In this document: positions 28,265-38,138 of the stretch, one piece after another | Layout of the letters: every line of letters begins with the position of its first letter | How positions within the stretch are numbered: the stretch's first letter is position 1 | From: Fidelibacterota bacterium UBA2986 | GTDB lineage: Bacteria > Fidelibacterota > Marinisomatia > Marinisomatales > AB-629-J13 | Direction: 5' to 3' | NCBI GenBank assembly: GCA_002346675.1 | Contig: DEAI01000011.1 | Coordinates: 194,710-258,709 of the forward strand | Length of the DNA: 64,000 nucleotides | Position numbers and translations under genes: made by a program | Notes under the pieces: model-generated | The model's input: the letters and a program-made list of their open reading frames with translations, nothing else | The model's database searches: none | What the model was told of the DNA's origin: nothing

Positions 28265-30967
28265 ATGAACAAATACGTTTACTTTTTTGGAAATGGAACA
28301 GCTGATGGCAGGGCTGATATGAAAAACTTATTAGGGGGAAAGGGAGCCAATCTGGCTGAAATGAATCATTTAAATATCCCCGTTCCGCCGGGTTTTACAA
28401 TAACCACTGAGGTGTGTACCCATTTTTATAGCAATGACCACCATTTACCAGAAAAACTAGAGAAGGAGGTAAACGAGGCACTAGCAAAGACTGAAAAAAT
28501 CATGTGCACAAAATTTGGAGATAAAAGCGAACCTCTTTTGGTGTCTGTTCGTTCTGGTGCACGCTCTTCGATGCCGGGAATGATGGAAACCGTATTAAAT
28601 GTTGGTTTAACAACGGAGACCATACCGGGCATCATTAAAAAAACAAATAACCCCAGGTTTGTTTATGATGCATACAGGCGGTTAATTATGATGTATGCTG
28701 ATGTCGTTATGGAAAAGGCTACAGGGGTCGAACCGAAAGACGGATACGGCATTCGGCATAGACTGGAGTCTATCCTTGATGTTTATAAAGAAAAAAATAA
28801 TTACAAAAATGATACAGACCTTTCGGGCGATGATTGGAAAAGGTTAACCGAAGTATTTAAATCTGAAATAAAAACAGTGTTGGGGTCTGACTTTCCAGAT
28901 GACCCTATGGAACAGCTTTGGGGTGGAATTAAAGCTGTTTTTCAAAGTTGGAATGGAGTAAGAGCTATTAATTACCGTCGCATCGAAAACATTCCCGATG
29001 AATGGGGGACGGCCGTTAATGTCCAGTCCATGGTGTTTGGGAATATGGGCAACAGCTCTGCTACCGGTGTTGCCTTTACCAGAAACCCCGCAACAGGAGA
29101 AAATAATTTTTTTGGTGAGTGGTTAACCAACGCCCAAGGAGAGGATGTAGTGGCGGGTCTGCGAACACCAAACCCTCTAAATGAGGCAACAAAAACAGCA
29201 GACACCCAAAATCTCCCATCACTTGAAACATCAATGCCAGAAATTTATACACAGCTGGATACGATCCGAACTAATCTGGAAAAACACTATACAGATATGC
29301 AGGACATTGAGTTTACAATCCAAGAGGGCAGACTATGGATGCTTCAGACACGAGTTGGAAAGCGAAATGGTAGCGCAGCGATTAAAATGGCTGTGGAGAT
29401 GGCTAACGAAGGTTTAATTGACAAAAAGACGGCCATCATGAGGGTCAAACCAGAACAGCTGGACGAACTGCTTCATCCGATGTTAGATAGTGAATCAGAA
29501 AAAACCGCCAATCTGCTTGCTAAAGGGTTGCCTGCGGGTCCAGGTGGAGCCAAAGGAAGAGTTGTTTTTACGGCTGATGATGCTGAAGAGTGGCACAAGA
29601 ATGGTGAACAGGTAATTTTAATTCGAGAAGAGACCTCGCCCGAGGATGTACACGGTATGCACGCTGCAGAAGCTATTCTCACAGCAAAAGGGGGGATGAC
29701 ATCCCACGCTGCCCTTGTTGCACGTGGTTGGGGAAAATGCTGTATCGTTGGGTGTAGCGACCTACACATAAATGCACCAGCGAAAGAGGTTTCCATTGGC
29801 GACTCTGTTTTAAGAGAAGGTGATTGGATTACTATGAACGGTACAGTGGGACACCTCTATATAGGTCAGCTGGATTTAATTCCCGCAGACCCGGATACTC
29901 ACAGAGAATATAAAGAATTAATGAGATGGGCAGATGAGTTTCGCTCTATGAAAATCCGGACTAATGCCGAAAGTCCGGCAGATGCTGCACAGGCAATCCG
30001 GTTTGGGGCCGAAGGAATTGGGCTGTGTCGTACAGAGCACATGTTCTTTGATGAAACACGAATTCTTGCGATGCGAAAAATGATTTTGGCAGACAATGAA
30101 TCCGATCGCAGGGCGGCTGTTATGGAGCTACTTCCATTTCAAAAAGAAGATTTTAAGGGAATTTTAACAGCCATGAAGGATAAGCCTGTTACTATTCGTC
30201 TTTTGGATCCACCTCTTCATGAATTTATGACTCTAACAGATGGTCAAGTTAAAGAGCTGGCAACCCATGTGGGTCTGGAAATATCAAAACTAGAAAAACG
30301 AATTTCAGGGCTTCACGAGCTGAACCCTATGTTGGGACACCGTGGATGTAGATTAGGGATTGCCTATCCAGAAATTACGGAGATGCAAGCAAGGGCAATT
30401 TTAGAAGCCACAGCCGAGCTGACACAAGAAAATATCTCTGTTTTTCCCGAAATTATGATTCCACTGGTGGGGACTGTCACAGAATATATAGATCAAGAAA
30501 CTATTGTTCGAGCAGTTGGAAAAGAGGTCGAAATAGAAAAAGGAATTAAACTCAATTATATGGTAGGAACAATGATTGAACTGCCAAGAGCCTGCCTTAC
30601 GGCAGATGAGATTGCCCAACATGCAGAGTTTTTTAGTTTTGGAACCAATGACCTCACTCAAACAACCTACGGTTTCAGTCGAGATGATATTGGTTCTTTC
30701 CTGCCAGACTATTTGGACAGGAATATATTAGATGGAGACCCCTTCCAAAGTTTGGACGTGAATGGTGTAGGAAAGCTCGTATCTATGGCAGTGAAACAGG
30801 GGCGTGGTGTAAATAGGAGATTAAAGATTGGAATTTGTGGCGAGCATGGTGGAGATCCTTTTTCAATTCATTTTTGTAAAGAAAACGGGCTAGATTATGT
30901 GAGCTGTTCTCCTTTCCGCGTACCAATTGCTAGGCTCGCAGCAGCCCAAGCGAGCATCAGTGAATAA
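28265..30967 (+). CDS. ppdK: Pyruvate, phosphate dikinase
   Basis: 900 aa. Phospho-His motif GGMTSHAALVARGWGKCCIVG and the C-terminal PEP-utilising TIM-barrel motif GICGEHGGDP. Confidence 0.97.
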   Translation: MNKYVYFFGNGTADGRADMKNLLGGKGANLAEMNHLNIPVPPGFTITTEVCTHFYSNDHHLPEKLEKEVNEALAKTEKIMCTKFGDKSEPLLVSVRSGARSSMPGMMETVLNVGLTTETIPGIIKKTNNPRFVYDAYRRLIMMYADVVMEKATGVEPKDGYGIRHRLESILDVYKEKNNYKNDTDLSGDDWKRLTEVFKSEIKTVLGSDFPDDPMEQLWGGIKAVFQSWNGVRAINYRRIENIPDEWGTAVNVQSMVFGNMGNSSATGVAFTRNPATGENNFFGEWLTNAQGEDVVAGLRTPNPLNEATKTADTQNLPSLETSMPEIYTQLDTIRTNLEKHYTDMQDIEFTIQEGRLWMLQTRVGKRNGSAAIKMAVEMANEGLIDKKTAIMRVKPEQLDELLHPMLDSESEKTANLLAKGLPAGPGGAKGRVVFTADDAEEWHKNGEQVILIREETSPEDVHGMHAAEAILTAKGGMTSHAALVARGWGKCCIVGCSDLHINAPAKEVSIGDSVLREGDWITMNGTVGHLYIGQLDLIPADPDTHREYKELMRWADEFRSMKIRTNAESPADAAQAIRFGAEGIGLCRTEHMFFDETRILAMRKMILADNESDRRAAVMELLPFQKEDFKGILTAMKDKPVTIRLLDPPLHEFMTLTDGQVKELATHVGLEISKLEKRISGLHELNPMLGHRGCRLGIAYPEITEMQARAILEATAELTQENISVFPEIMIPLVGTVTEYIDQETIVRAVGKEVEIEKGIKLNYMVGTMIELPRACLTADEIAQHAEFFSFGTNDLTQTTYGFSRDDIGSFLPDYLDRNILDGDPFQSLDVNGVGKLVSMAVKQGRGVNRRLKIGICGEHGGDPFSIHFCKENGLDYVSCSPFRVPIARLAAAQASISE

Positions 30968-31005
30968 AACAAACACAATATATAACTAATTTAAATATTG
31001 TTATA

Positions 31006-31034
31006 AAAAAACCTCAAAACAATTAAGGTTTTTT
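31006..31034. terminator. AT-rich hairpin between convergent ppdK and motB, a possible bidirectional terminator
   Basis: AAAAAACC (31006..31013) pairs with GGTTTTTT (31027..31034). The stem is weak, with only 2 GC pairs. Confidence 0.3.
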
Positions 31035-31061
31035 AAAGTTGTTTTTATAACAAAGAAGCTT

Positions 31062-31859
31062 TTATTCAGACGAGGCGGTTTCTATAACCTCCTCAACTTT
31101 TGGTCCCATTTGATCTTTCATGGTCTTTTTAGGGAACACAATTTCCACACGTCTATTTTCTGCTCTTCCCTCAGGGCTGTTGTTGGTTTCAGCTATCCAC
31201 GACTGGTCTAACAACCTTGGAAAAGGGGGCTTTTTCCTTGGGGAAAACTCAGCCATACCTGTGGCCTCAAGACGTAAAGGGTCTACCTCCATGGTTAAAA
31301 GTTTTCTAACAATTGAAGAAGCCCTCGCAGATGATAGCTCCCAATTAGTAGGAAACACCCTTTGAAGCCGCTTAGGAATAGGCCTGTCATCGGTATGCCC
31401 TTCAATTAACACAGGGTGATAATTATTAGGGGCATTAATAATGGGAACAAGTTTATCCAAAATAGATTGAAACCCTTTTTTGGGAGTGGCCGACCCAGGA
31501 TCAAAACTGGCCTCTTGTGAAATAGATATTACCAAACCTTTTGGGGAGGAATAAACTTCCATCTGCTCTTTCATTGCTTCATTTTCTTGTTCTTCAAGCA
31601 TAGCAACGACCTCAGATTTTATATCAGCCAGGTCCATTGCTCCCTCCATTTTCTTTGTTGATCCCACAGATTTTCCCATAGAGTCAGCCATTTCTTGCAG
31701 TTTCACAGGATCCAAAGTGGACATTGCTACGAGCAACACAAAAAACGCCATCAAAAGGGTCATCATATCAGCGAAGGTTCCAAACCATCCGGGAAGACCC
31801 TCATCAACAGAGCTTACCCCGGCTTTGAATCCTTTTTTAAAGTTTAAGGTTTTTGGCAA
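31062..31859 (-). CDS. motB: MotB/PomB-like stator protein (OmpA-type peptidoglycan-binding C-terminus)
   Basis: 265 aa. N-terminal TM with the conserved Asp (TFADMMTLLMAFFVLL). OmpA-like C-terminus (IEGHTDDRP...NWELSSARASSIVR...NRRVEIVF). It starts immediately after the motA stop. Confidence 0.85.
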   Translation of the reverse strand: MPKTLNFKKGFKAGVSSVDEGLPGWFGTFADMMTLLMAFFVLLVAMSTLDPVKLQEMADSMGKSVGSTKKMEGAMDLADIKSEVVAMLEEQENEAMKEQMEVYSSPKGLVISISQEASFDPGSATPKKGFQSILDKLVPIINAPNNYHPVLIEGHTDDRPIPKRLQRVFPTNWELSSARASSIVRKLLTMEVDPLRLEATGMAEFSPRKKPPFPRLLDQSWIAETNNSPEGRAENRRVEIVFPKKTMKDQMGPKVEEVIETASSE

Positions 31860-32642
31860 CTATCCCTCCCTTTTCCACTCTTTTGGAGGAATAAAGGAAT
31901 TTAGTTTTTCCCTTACAATAATAGGATGTTTTTTCTGATGAATCAGCTTGGCACCTTCTACAAGTAATGATTGGATAGTGGAGGTAAACTGGATTCGACT
32001 TCCTACCTTTGCAGCCATTGGGAGGAAAAATAAGTTAGCTAAAACGGAACCATAAAAGGTAGTTATAAGAGCAGCTGACATACCCGCGCCTAGCGCATCT
32101 GTACCACCAGCGCCTCCAAAACCTGAAAGCATAATAACCAGACCGATTAGTGTACCAACCATACCCCAGGCTGGCGCCATATTTCCCATTGTTTTAAATA
32201 AATCTGCTTGCGCTTTTTCCCTAACCTCCCTGTAGTCAATTCTAGTATTAAGAATATCTGAAATTTCATCCTCTCCATATCCATCTACAACCATCTGAAG
32301 ACCATCCCGAAAAAAGAAGTTTTTTACAGTGCCAAGTTTTCCCTCTAACTCTGTCGTTCCCTTTCTAGCAACCTCGGCAACCTCTACAGCTTCGTCAACA
32401 TATGTCCCTAATTTGTCACCACTTCCCTTAAAAGTAGCACCTATAGCTGCCCCCAATTGTAAAACATCATTCAACGGAAAAGCAACAGCGACTGAAGCTA
32501 TCATTCCCCCAAATACGATAATGAAACTACTAGGCGAAATAAAGACACCTGTCCCTGCGCCAGCCGCGGCAGCAGCAGTAAATATACCACCACCAATCAT
32601 ACCAAGGCCCGAAAGAATACCTATTAACGTTGCAATATCCAT
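31860..32642 (-). CDS. motA: MotA/PomA-like stator proton/ion channel protein
   Basis: 260 aa with 4 TMs. N-terminus MDIATLIGILSGLG resembles PomA/MotA. Conserved C-terminal ALITTFYGSVLANLFFLPMAAK. AAAGGAG RBS upstream. Confidence 0.85.
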   Translation of the reverse strand: MDIATLIGILSGLGMIGGGIFTAAAAAGAGTGVFISPSSFIIVFGGMIASVAVAFPLNDVLQLGAAIGATFKGSGDKLGTYVDEAVEVAEVARKGTTELEGKLGTVKNFFFRDGLQMVVDGYGEDEISDILNTRIDYREVREKAQADLFKTMGNMAPAWGMVGTLIGLVIMLSGFGGAGGTDALGAGMSAALITTFYGSVLANLFFLPMAAKVGSRIQFTSTIQSLLVEGAKLIHQKKHPIIVREKLNSFIPPKEWKREG

Positions 32643-32680
32643 AAACTAGTTACTCCTTTAAAAAAATCTCATTCTATTTA

Positions 32681-32914
32681 CTAATAATCGTTTGAAAACT
32701 GAAAATATTTAATTTTCTTTGAAATTATATACCTCAATTTAAACAATGCACTGCTTAGTATACAGCTAATAGTGAAAAGTACTTTATATAATAATTTCTG
32801 GTGGGTGAATTTAAGGTTTAGGTCAAGATCTGAGGTAAGGGGGATGCGGATTCCCATTTTTTTCCTATACCGAACAAACTCACCCACAAAACTATTCATG
32901 TAAGCCATATACAT
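32681..32914 (-). CDS. Hypothetical 77-aa ORF in an AT-rich gap (may not be a gene)
   Basis: This is only an ORF-track entry, with no recognisable motif and AT-rich codon content. Confidence 0.2.
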   Translation of the reverse strand: MYMAYMNSFVGEFVRYRKKMGIRIPLTSDLDLNLKFTHQKLLYKVLFTISCILSSALFKLRYIISKKIKYFQFSNDY

Positions 32915-33195
32915 CTCAATATGTTTTTGTAGTGGAACATATATTTTTTCATAACCTAAACAAAAAACAGAAAGGATACATAAAAAAACAGTAAAAATCG
33001 TTTCCTTTAGAATTGTTTACATTCCTGAAACGCTTATTTGAATTGACCATTATTTTTTTACCTCGGATATTCTATATAATGACAATTCCTGTCATTTTCA
33101 AATATTACTTCGAAACATACAAGAGTGTCAAGAAAATTTTTAAAACACTTTCGCTAAAATATTAACAAAGGTAGGTAATATTTAAGTATAAAAAT

Positions 33196-33519
33196 TTACC
33201 AAAACCAGAGATAGGTAATAGCTCGATTTTTACGTCCCAAATCTAAATCATAAGGGTTTCCACAGTCTGATCTCATAGAAACAGAGGTTTTATGAAAAAT
33301 ATCATAATCTTCACCAAAAACGACCGCCTGAAACCGACCCTCATGTTCACGGCACCAGTCTCTCACAGCTTCTCTTAGTTTTCCTCTCCCGTGACCATGA
33401 ACTATTTTTATACAGCGAGTGTTTCCTTCGTACTGTAACCTGCTTACCTCCGTTTCAAGAACAGAAACAGCCGTATCCAAACAATTATTTTGATGTCCAA
33501 TATCTAATACTTCAAACAT
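33196..33519 (-). CDS. Smr (small MutS-related) domain protein
   Basis: 107 aa. LDIGH...CIKIVHGHGRGKLREAVRDW matches the Smr pattern LDLHG...IIHGKGxGxLrxaV. Confidence 0.6.
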   Translation of the reverse strand: MFEVLDIGHQNNCLDTAVSVLETEVSRLQYEGNTRCIKIVHGHGRGKLREAVRDWCREHEGRFQAVVFGEDYDIFHKTSVSMRSDCGNPYDLDLGRKNRAITYLWFW

Positions 33520-33618
33520 GAGACAATCAATCTATATAAACCATAATAACCTCTTTTATTAAAGTGTTTTTTGAATTATTTCTAATATTTTTATTTATTA
33601 ATAGTTAACTTCACGATA

Positions 33619-35094
33619 ATGACTGATAAACTATTATCTTATAATCCTATAACACAAGAAGTTGTGGGAACGGTGCCCTTGACAACCGATGAGGAACTAA
33701 AAGATGTTCTTGAAAGAAGTAAAAAGGGTGAAAAGATATGGAGCACACTAAGAGTATCAGACAGGGCGGAAATACTTAATGGTATCAGAAAAAATCTAGT
33801 CAAAAAGTCTGATGAGTTTATTTCTACTATATCAAATGAGACAGGCAAGCCCTATTGGGATAGTTTTGTAGAGGTAATGACCGTGGCGGAACACCTGAAA
33901 TATATGTGCCGCCATGCTCCTGTTATTTTATCAAGAGAGAAACGACCAACAGGAATTCTTGTTCACAAAAGAGGTTACGTTCAATATTTTCCTCATGGGA
34001 CGGCAGGAATTATTTCACCCTGGAACTACCCATTAATATTAGCTATATCTCCTGTGGTAGAAGCTCTCCTTGCAGGAAACAGCGTTGTTCTGAAGCCTTC
34101 AGAGGTCACACCAATAACAGGAGATAAAATACACAGACTGTTTTTGGATGGGGGGGTCCACGAAAGTGTTTTTCAAATAATTCAAGGATACGGAGATATA
34201 GGGTCTAAGTTAGTTGAAAGCCCACAATCTGATATCATTTGTTTTACAGGAAGTGTGAAGGTGGGAAAACTGATTTCTGAACACTGTGCCAAGCAACTTA
34301 AGCCCTCTATTCTTGAGTTGGGAGGAAACGACCCTATGATAATATTAGAAGATGCGGATATAGACCGCGCAGTCTCTGCTGCGATATGGGGGGGGCTTTC
34401 AAACAACGGACAAACCTGCATTGCTGTAGAACGAATTTATGTAATGGAGTCTATTGCTGATGTGTTTTTAGAGCTCCTCAAAAAAAGAGCTAAAGAATTA
34501 AATATTTCTGATGACAAAAAATCTGCTGACATTGGTTCAATGATTAACCAAAAGCAAAAGGAAACCGTTATATCGTTCATCGATGAGGCAAAAAAAGAAG
34601 GAGCCACTTTTCATTTAGACTATAATCAGAAAACAAAAGACAGTTCTTGTTTTTTGTACCCAACAATTATTGAAGAAAAAAACAGAAAAAGTAAAATTAT
34701 GCAATCTGAAATATTTGGCCCTGTGATTACTGTTTTTAGGGTCAGCTCAGAGCGTGAAGCTATTTCAGAAGCAAACTCCAGTGGCTATGGACTAAGTGCA
34801 TCAGTATTTTCCAAAAACTTACGAAAAGGGCGTGAAATAGCTAAACAGATAAAAGCGGGTTCCGTATGTATAAATGATGTTAACTCAAACTATGGCTGTG
34901 CGTCACTACCGTTTGGAGGTGTTGGAATCTCTGGAATTGGTAGGGTTCGTGGAGAGGAGGGGCTGAAGGCCTTTTCCCGGGTTCAAGCGGTTTATGAGGA
35001 CCGCTTAGGATTAAAAAAAGAGCCATGGTGGTTTCCAGTGTCAGACCATACTAAAAAATGGTTTAAGAGATTTTTTAGATATTGGTATAGCTGA
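33619..35094 (+). CDS. NAD(P)-dependent aldehyde dehydrogenase family protein
   Basis: 491 aa. LELGGNDP (catalytic Glu), the catalytic Cys in NNGQTCIAVERIYV, and EIFGPV. Confidence 0.92.
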   Translation: MTDKLLSYNPITQEVVGTVPLTTDEELKDVLERSKKGEKIWSTLRVSDRAEILNGIRKNLVKKSDEFISTISNETGKPYWDSFVEVMTVAEHLKYMCRHAPVILSREKRPTGILVHKRGYVQYFPHGTAGIISPWNYPLILAISPVVEALLAGNSVVLKPSEVTPITGDKIHRLFLDGGVHESVFQIIQGYGDIGSKLVESPQSDIICFTGSVKVGKLISEHCAKQLKPSILELGGNDPMIILEDADIDRAVSAAIWGGLSNNGQTCIAVERIYVMESIADVFLELLKKRAKELNISDDKKSADIGSMINQKQKETVISFIDEAKKEGATFHLDYNQKTKDSSCFLYPTIIEEKNRKSKIMQSEIFGPVITVFRVSSEREAISEANSSGYGLSASVFSKNLRKGREIAKQIKAGSVCINDVNSNYGCASLPFGGVGISGIGRVRGEEGLKAFSRVQAVYEDRLGLKKEPWWFPVSDHTKKWFKRFFRYWYS

Positions 35095-35099
35095 AAAAC

Positions 35100-35933
35100 C
35101 TAATTTTTTGTGATTCTTTCTTTGTATTCTAAACGCAGATCAAGCACAGCCCTCACATAGTTTTCACTATGGTTGTATGCATAGACTGATTTCCAGTTTC
35201 TAGAGCCTTTAGTAAAGGGACCACCTGTTTCGTAGCCATTTTTCAAAAGGTAATTTGATATACTCGCTAAAACATCTCCCCACTCGTTAAATCGACGGAC
35301 ACCATCACTGTCAAAATCAACAGTGTATCGATTAAAACTAGAGGGGATAAACTGTCCAAAACCAAAAGCCCCAGCATATGATCCGGTTACAGAATATGCC
35401 TGAACATTGTCACGGTAGCAATAGTCAATAAACTCTGCCAGCTCTTTTGAGGCCCAGTTTTTTCTTTTTGGAATAGATGAAACAATTGTGTATAGTGCAT
35501 TAAACACCTCATATTTTCCAGGGTGCGCTCCAAAGTTACTCTCAATCCCAGAAATACTTAATATTAAAAAAGGGTCCACCCCTAAACTATCATACACAGC
35601 CTTAATTATTTCAACATTCTTATTATAAAACGCCACGCCGTCATTTATTCTTTTTCTTGTAACAAATAGTTTTTTATAACTTGAATAATTCTTTTTTTCA
35701 TAGGCATATTCAAATTTATCCGGAATATCTTCATATAGCTCCAAGGAGTCGGAGCTGAACAAATCAATAACATAACTCAAGGGGATATCTTTTTCTTCTA
35801 TAAAAGGTAACACAGACTGGAGAGAGGCATATCTTTCTGCTTCATCAGGTTTCGCTCCTAAAACTACAGAAACAAGAATCAAATAAAAAGAGAGAGCTGA
35901 TTTTAGTGTTGTTACCTTAGGGTATCTTAACAT
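35100..35933 (-). CDS. Lytic murein transglycosylase (MltB/SLT_2-like)
   Basis: 277 aa with a signal peptide. GIESNFG (catalytic Glu region) and GAFGFGQFIPSSF. Confidence 0.8.
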   Translation of the reverse strand: MLRYPKVTTLKSALSFYLILVSVVLGAKPDEAERYASLQSVLPFIEEKDIPLSYVIDLFSSDSLELYEDIPDKFEYAYEKKNYSSYKKLFVTRKRINDGVAFYNKNVEIIKAVYDSLGVDPFLILSISGIESNFGAHPGKYEVFNALYTIVSSIPKRKNWASKELAEFIDYCYRDNVQAYSVTGSYAGAFGFGQFIPSSFNRYTVDFDSDGVRRFNEWGDVLASISNYLLKNGYETGGPFTKGSRNWKSVYAYNHSENYVRAVLDLRLEYKERITKN

Positions 35934-36063
35934 AGAGATGGTGTAAAATTAATTTCCTTTTATAATGACTTTATATAATTTAATTTATTAGTGCAAGCCT
36001 TAGGATACGAGGGCTATAATAACTAAACTTACCGTAGATAAACATTAAAAAAATGAGGGTAAA

Positions 36064-37188
36064 ATGAAAAAAATAATTCTGGCTTTTTTATACCTTAACA
36101 TAGCAATTCTTTTTTCTCAAGATACGAAAGAGTTTTATTTAAAAAGTGGTGACAGGGTTTCGGGTACAGTTTCAAGCGAAACTGACAGCACCTATACCCT
36201 TGAAACGACATTTGGTGCGGTGACACTTAACAAGGCGGACATCCAGCCAGATGAGGTAATGATATATCTTAAATCTGGAGATAAAGTAAAGGGTATCTTG
36301 ATATTGGAGAGCAATGATGGATTTAGAATTAAATCGCAGCTTGGAGAATTGTTTATAGAGCGGACAAAGGTTGATAGAGTTGAGTTTATATCTCGCCTCT
36401 CAAAAGGAACCGAGGGAACATCAAAACCAGGAGAAGAAGACTCTGGACGCTGGTATTACGGAGAGGAAAGGCTTAACGATATATTTTTTGACCCTACAGG
36501 GTATACCCTAAAAGAAAATGTATTATATTTAAGTGGTCTCTCTTGGGGATATGGGCTTACAGACAGATTTCAAATTATGTCAAAATGGGGAGGATATTTA
36601 TTTGGAGATTTAAATTTTCGTCCAAAATATATGGTATTTAAAAAGGGGGATGTAAAATCTGAACAGGCACTTTCAATTGGAGGGCATTTTCATTTAAGAG
36701 GATATCCCAATAAACATAACTTTAAGAAGGTTGAAGAAAACAACTGGAGCGGCACTAATGGTGATGGTATACGAACAGAGTGGGTGCGGGTTGGCGATGA
36801 ATGTAATTTTATAGAGGAAGAGTTTACAGAATGTGAAGACGAAGAAAGCATGTGGTATGAATTTTTTGCTGCCTATACTGTTTCTAATCTAAAAAAGTCC
36901 GGGCAGGGACGGATTAACCATACCATCGGAGCTACAATAACCTCTTATCCTGGTTATGACACAATGCCACGCGCATATTATGCTGTCAGCGCGGACGCCA
37001 GAAAAAGTCTTAAGTTGATTTTTGAAGTGTTTTGGGATCCATATTGGGCCTCAATGCTTGAAATTATGGAAGAAGAAAAAATTTCTGACATAGATTTTGA
37101 TTTTGGTTTTATTTATGCCCGAAGTGAGAATTTCAGAATAGGAATTCACTTTCAAAGACCTTTTTTAGCATTCTATTATAAATTTTAA
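36064..37188 (+). CDS. Hypothetical secreted protein, probable outer-membrane protein with an N-terminal tandem repeat
   Basis: 374 aa with a signal peptide. Two ~40-aa repeats (YLKSGDRVSGTV...LNKADIQ and YLKSGDKVKGIL...RTKVDRVEF). The C-terminus FLAFYYKF ends in Phe, like an OMP beta-signal. Confidence 0.5.
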   Translation: MKKIILAFLYLNIAILFSQDTKEFYLKSGDRVSGTVSSETDSTYTLETTFGAVTLNKADIQPDEVMIYLKSGDKVKGILILESNDGFRIKSQLGELFIERTKVDRVEFISRLSKGTEGTSKPGEEDSGRWYYGEERLNDIFFDPTGYTLKENVLYLSGLSWGYGLTDRFQIMSKWGGYLFGDLNFRPKYMVFKKGDVKSEQALSIGGHFHLRGYPNKHNFKKVEENNWSGTNGDGIRTEWVRVGDECNFIEEEFTECEDEESMWYEFFAAYTVSNLKKSGQGRINHTIGATITSYPGYDTMPRAYYAVSADARKSLKLIFEVFWDPYWASMLEIMEEEKISDIDFDFGFIYARSENFRIGIHFQRPFLAFYYKF

Positions 37189-37247
37189 TTTAAAGAAAGT
37201 ATTTAAATTTTACCCAAAGGAAGTCGATTTAATAATCTTTCTTTATC

Positions 37248-38138
37248 GTGAGAAACATTAAGAAGGCTAATCTAGCCTGGCTGGTCATAGCTCTTTTTTC
37301 GGTTAGCTCTTCTTCAATTATAGTACGTTTTCTTCCGAGCATCTCTGCAGAGGTAATTGCCTTTTGGAGGATGGCTCTGTCATCTTTTATGCTGTGGTTT
37401 TATAGTGGGGTAAAAAGGCAGGGACACTTAAACTCTTCATTTAAAAAGCCTGTTATCATTGCAGGCATATTTCTTGGGTTTCACTTTGGACTGTTTTTTT
37501 CAGCAGTCAAACTCACAACTATTTCTAATGCAACTCTATTAGGAACAACTGCACCCCTATTTTCTCTTATAATTGAAATATTTGTTTTAAAGAGGCAATT
37601 TCCTGTTGTCACGATATTTGGTGTTTTTTTAGCATTTTTTGGTGTTTTGGTTGTTCAAGATTTTTCAATTGATTTTAATACAGAAGAGTCAAAGGGGAAT
37701 CTATTTGCCATTTTATGCTCCCTATGTATCGCCCTTGTATTTATTATTGCAGAAAAGGTCAGACAACACACCTCAACTATTGTTTATTGTAGGCACCTGT
37801 TTATGTGGGCAGCTATCACATTGGCGGTCATTTCAGTATTAGGGAATAAATCTCTTTTTTGTTTTTCAGGGGAGGATTTTTTCCTGTTTTTTCTATTAGC
37901 ACTGTTCCCCTCAATTTTTGGACACGTTGTCTTTAATTATTTTATCAAATATTTCCGCCCATCTATAATTATATCGATTCCCCTGGGCGAGCCGCTTATC
38001 GCTTCATTTTTGGCGCTTGTATTCCTTTCGGAAGAGCCACTAACAAACACTTTAGTTGGAGGTGTTATTACTATTACAGGACTATTTATTCTGGGAGTTA
38101 AAAGTCAGGAAAGCCATTTTGCTTCCGAAAACGATTAA
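37248..38138 (+). CDS. EamA/DMT-family transporter
   Basis: 296 aa with about 10 TMs and a two-fold EamA-like organisation. GTG start. Confidence 0.78.
   Translation: MRNIKKANLAWLVIALFSVSSSSIIVRFLPSISAEVIAFWRMALSSFMLWFYSGVKRQGHLNSSFKKPVIIAGIFLGFHFGLFFSAVKLTTISNATLLGTTAPLFSLIIEIFVLKRQFPVVTIFGVFLAFFGVLVVQDFSIDFNTEESKGNLFAILCSLCIALVFIIAEKVRQHTSTIVYCRHLFMWAAITLAVISVLGNKSLFCFSGEDFFLFFLLALFPSIFGHVVFNYFIKYFRPSIIISIPLGEPLIASFLALVFLSEEPLTNTLVGGVITITGLFILGVKSQESHFASEND

Noticed and set aside
31062-33519. Considered whether MotA/MotB plus the Smr-domain gene could be a Zorya-like anti-phage system.
   Set aside because: ZorA proteins are much longer, with an extended C-terminal tail, and are accompanied by ZorC/ZorD-type genes. 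Here MotA is an ordinary 260-aa PomA/MotA-like protein. A 550-bp gap separates the stator from the Smr gene, and no helicase or nuclease partner genes are present.
38098-38138. 41-nt convergent overlap of the EamA transporter and plsC 3' ends, considered as a possible antisense regulatory arrangement.
   Set aside because: Convergent 3' overlaps of this size occur in compact genomes. Both C-termini are poorly conserved tails, and nothing else in the sequence points to a regulatory role.
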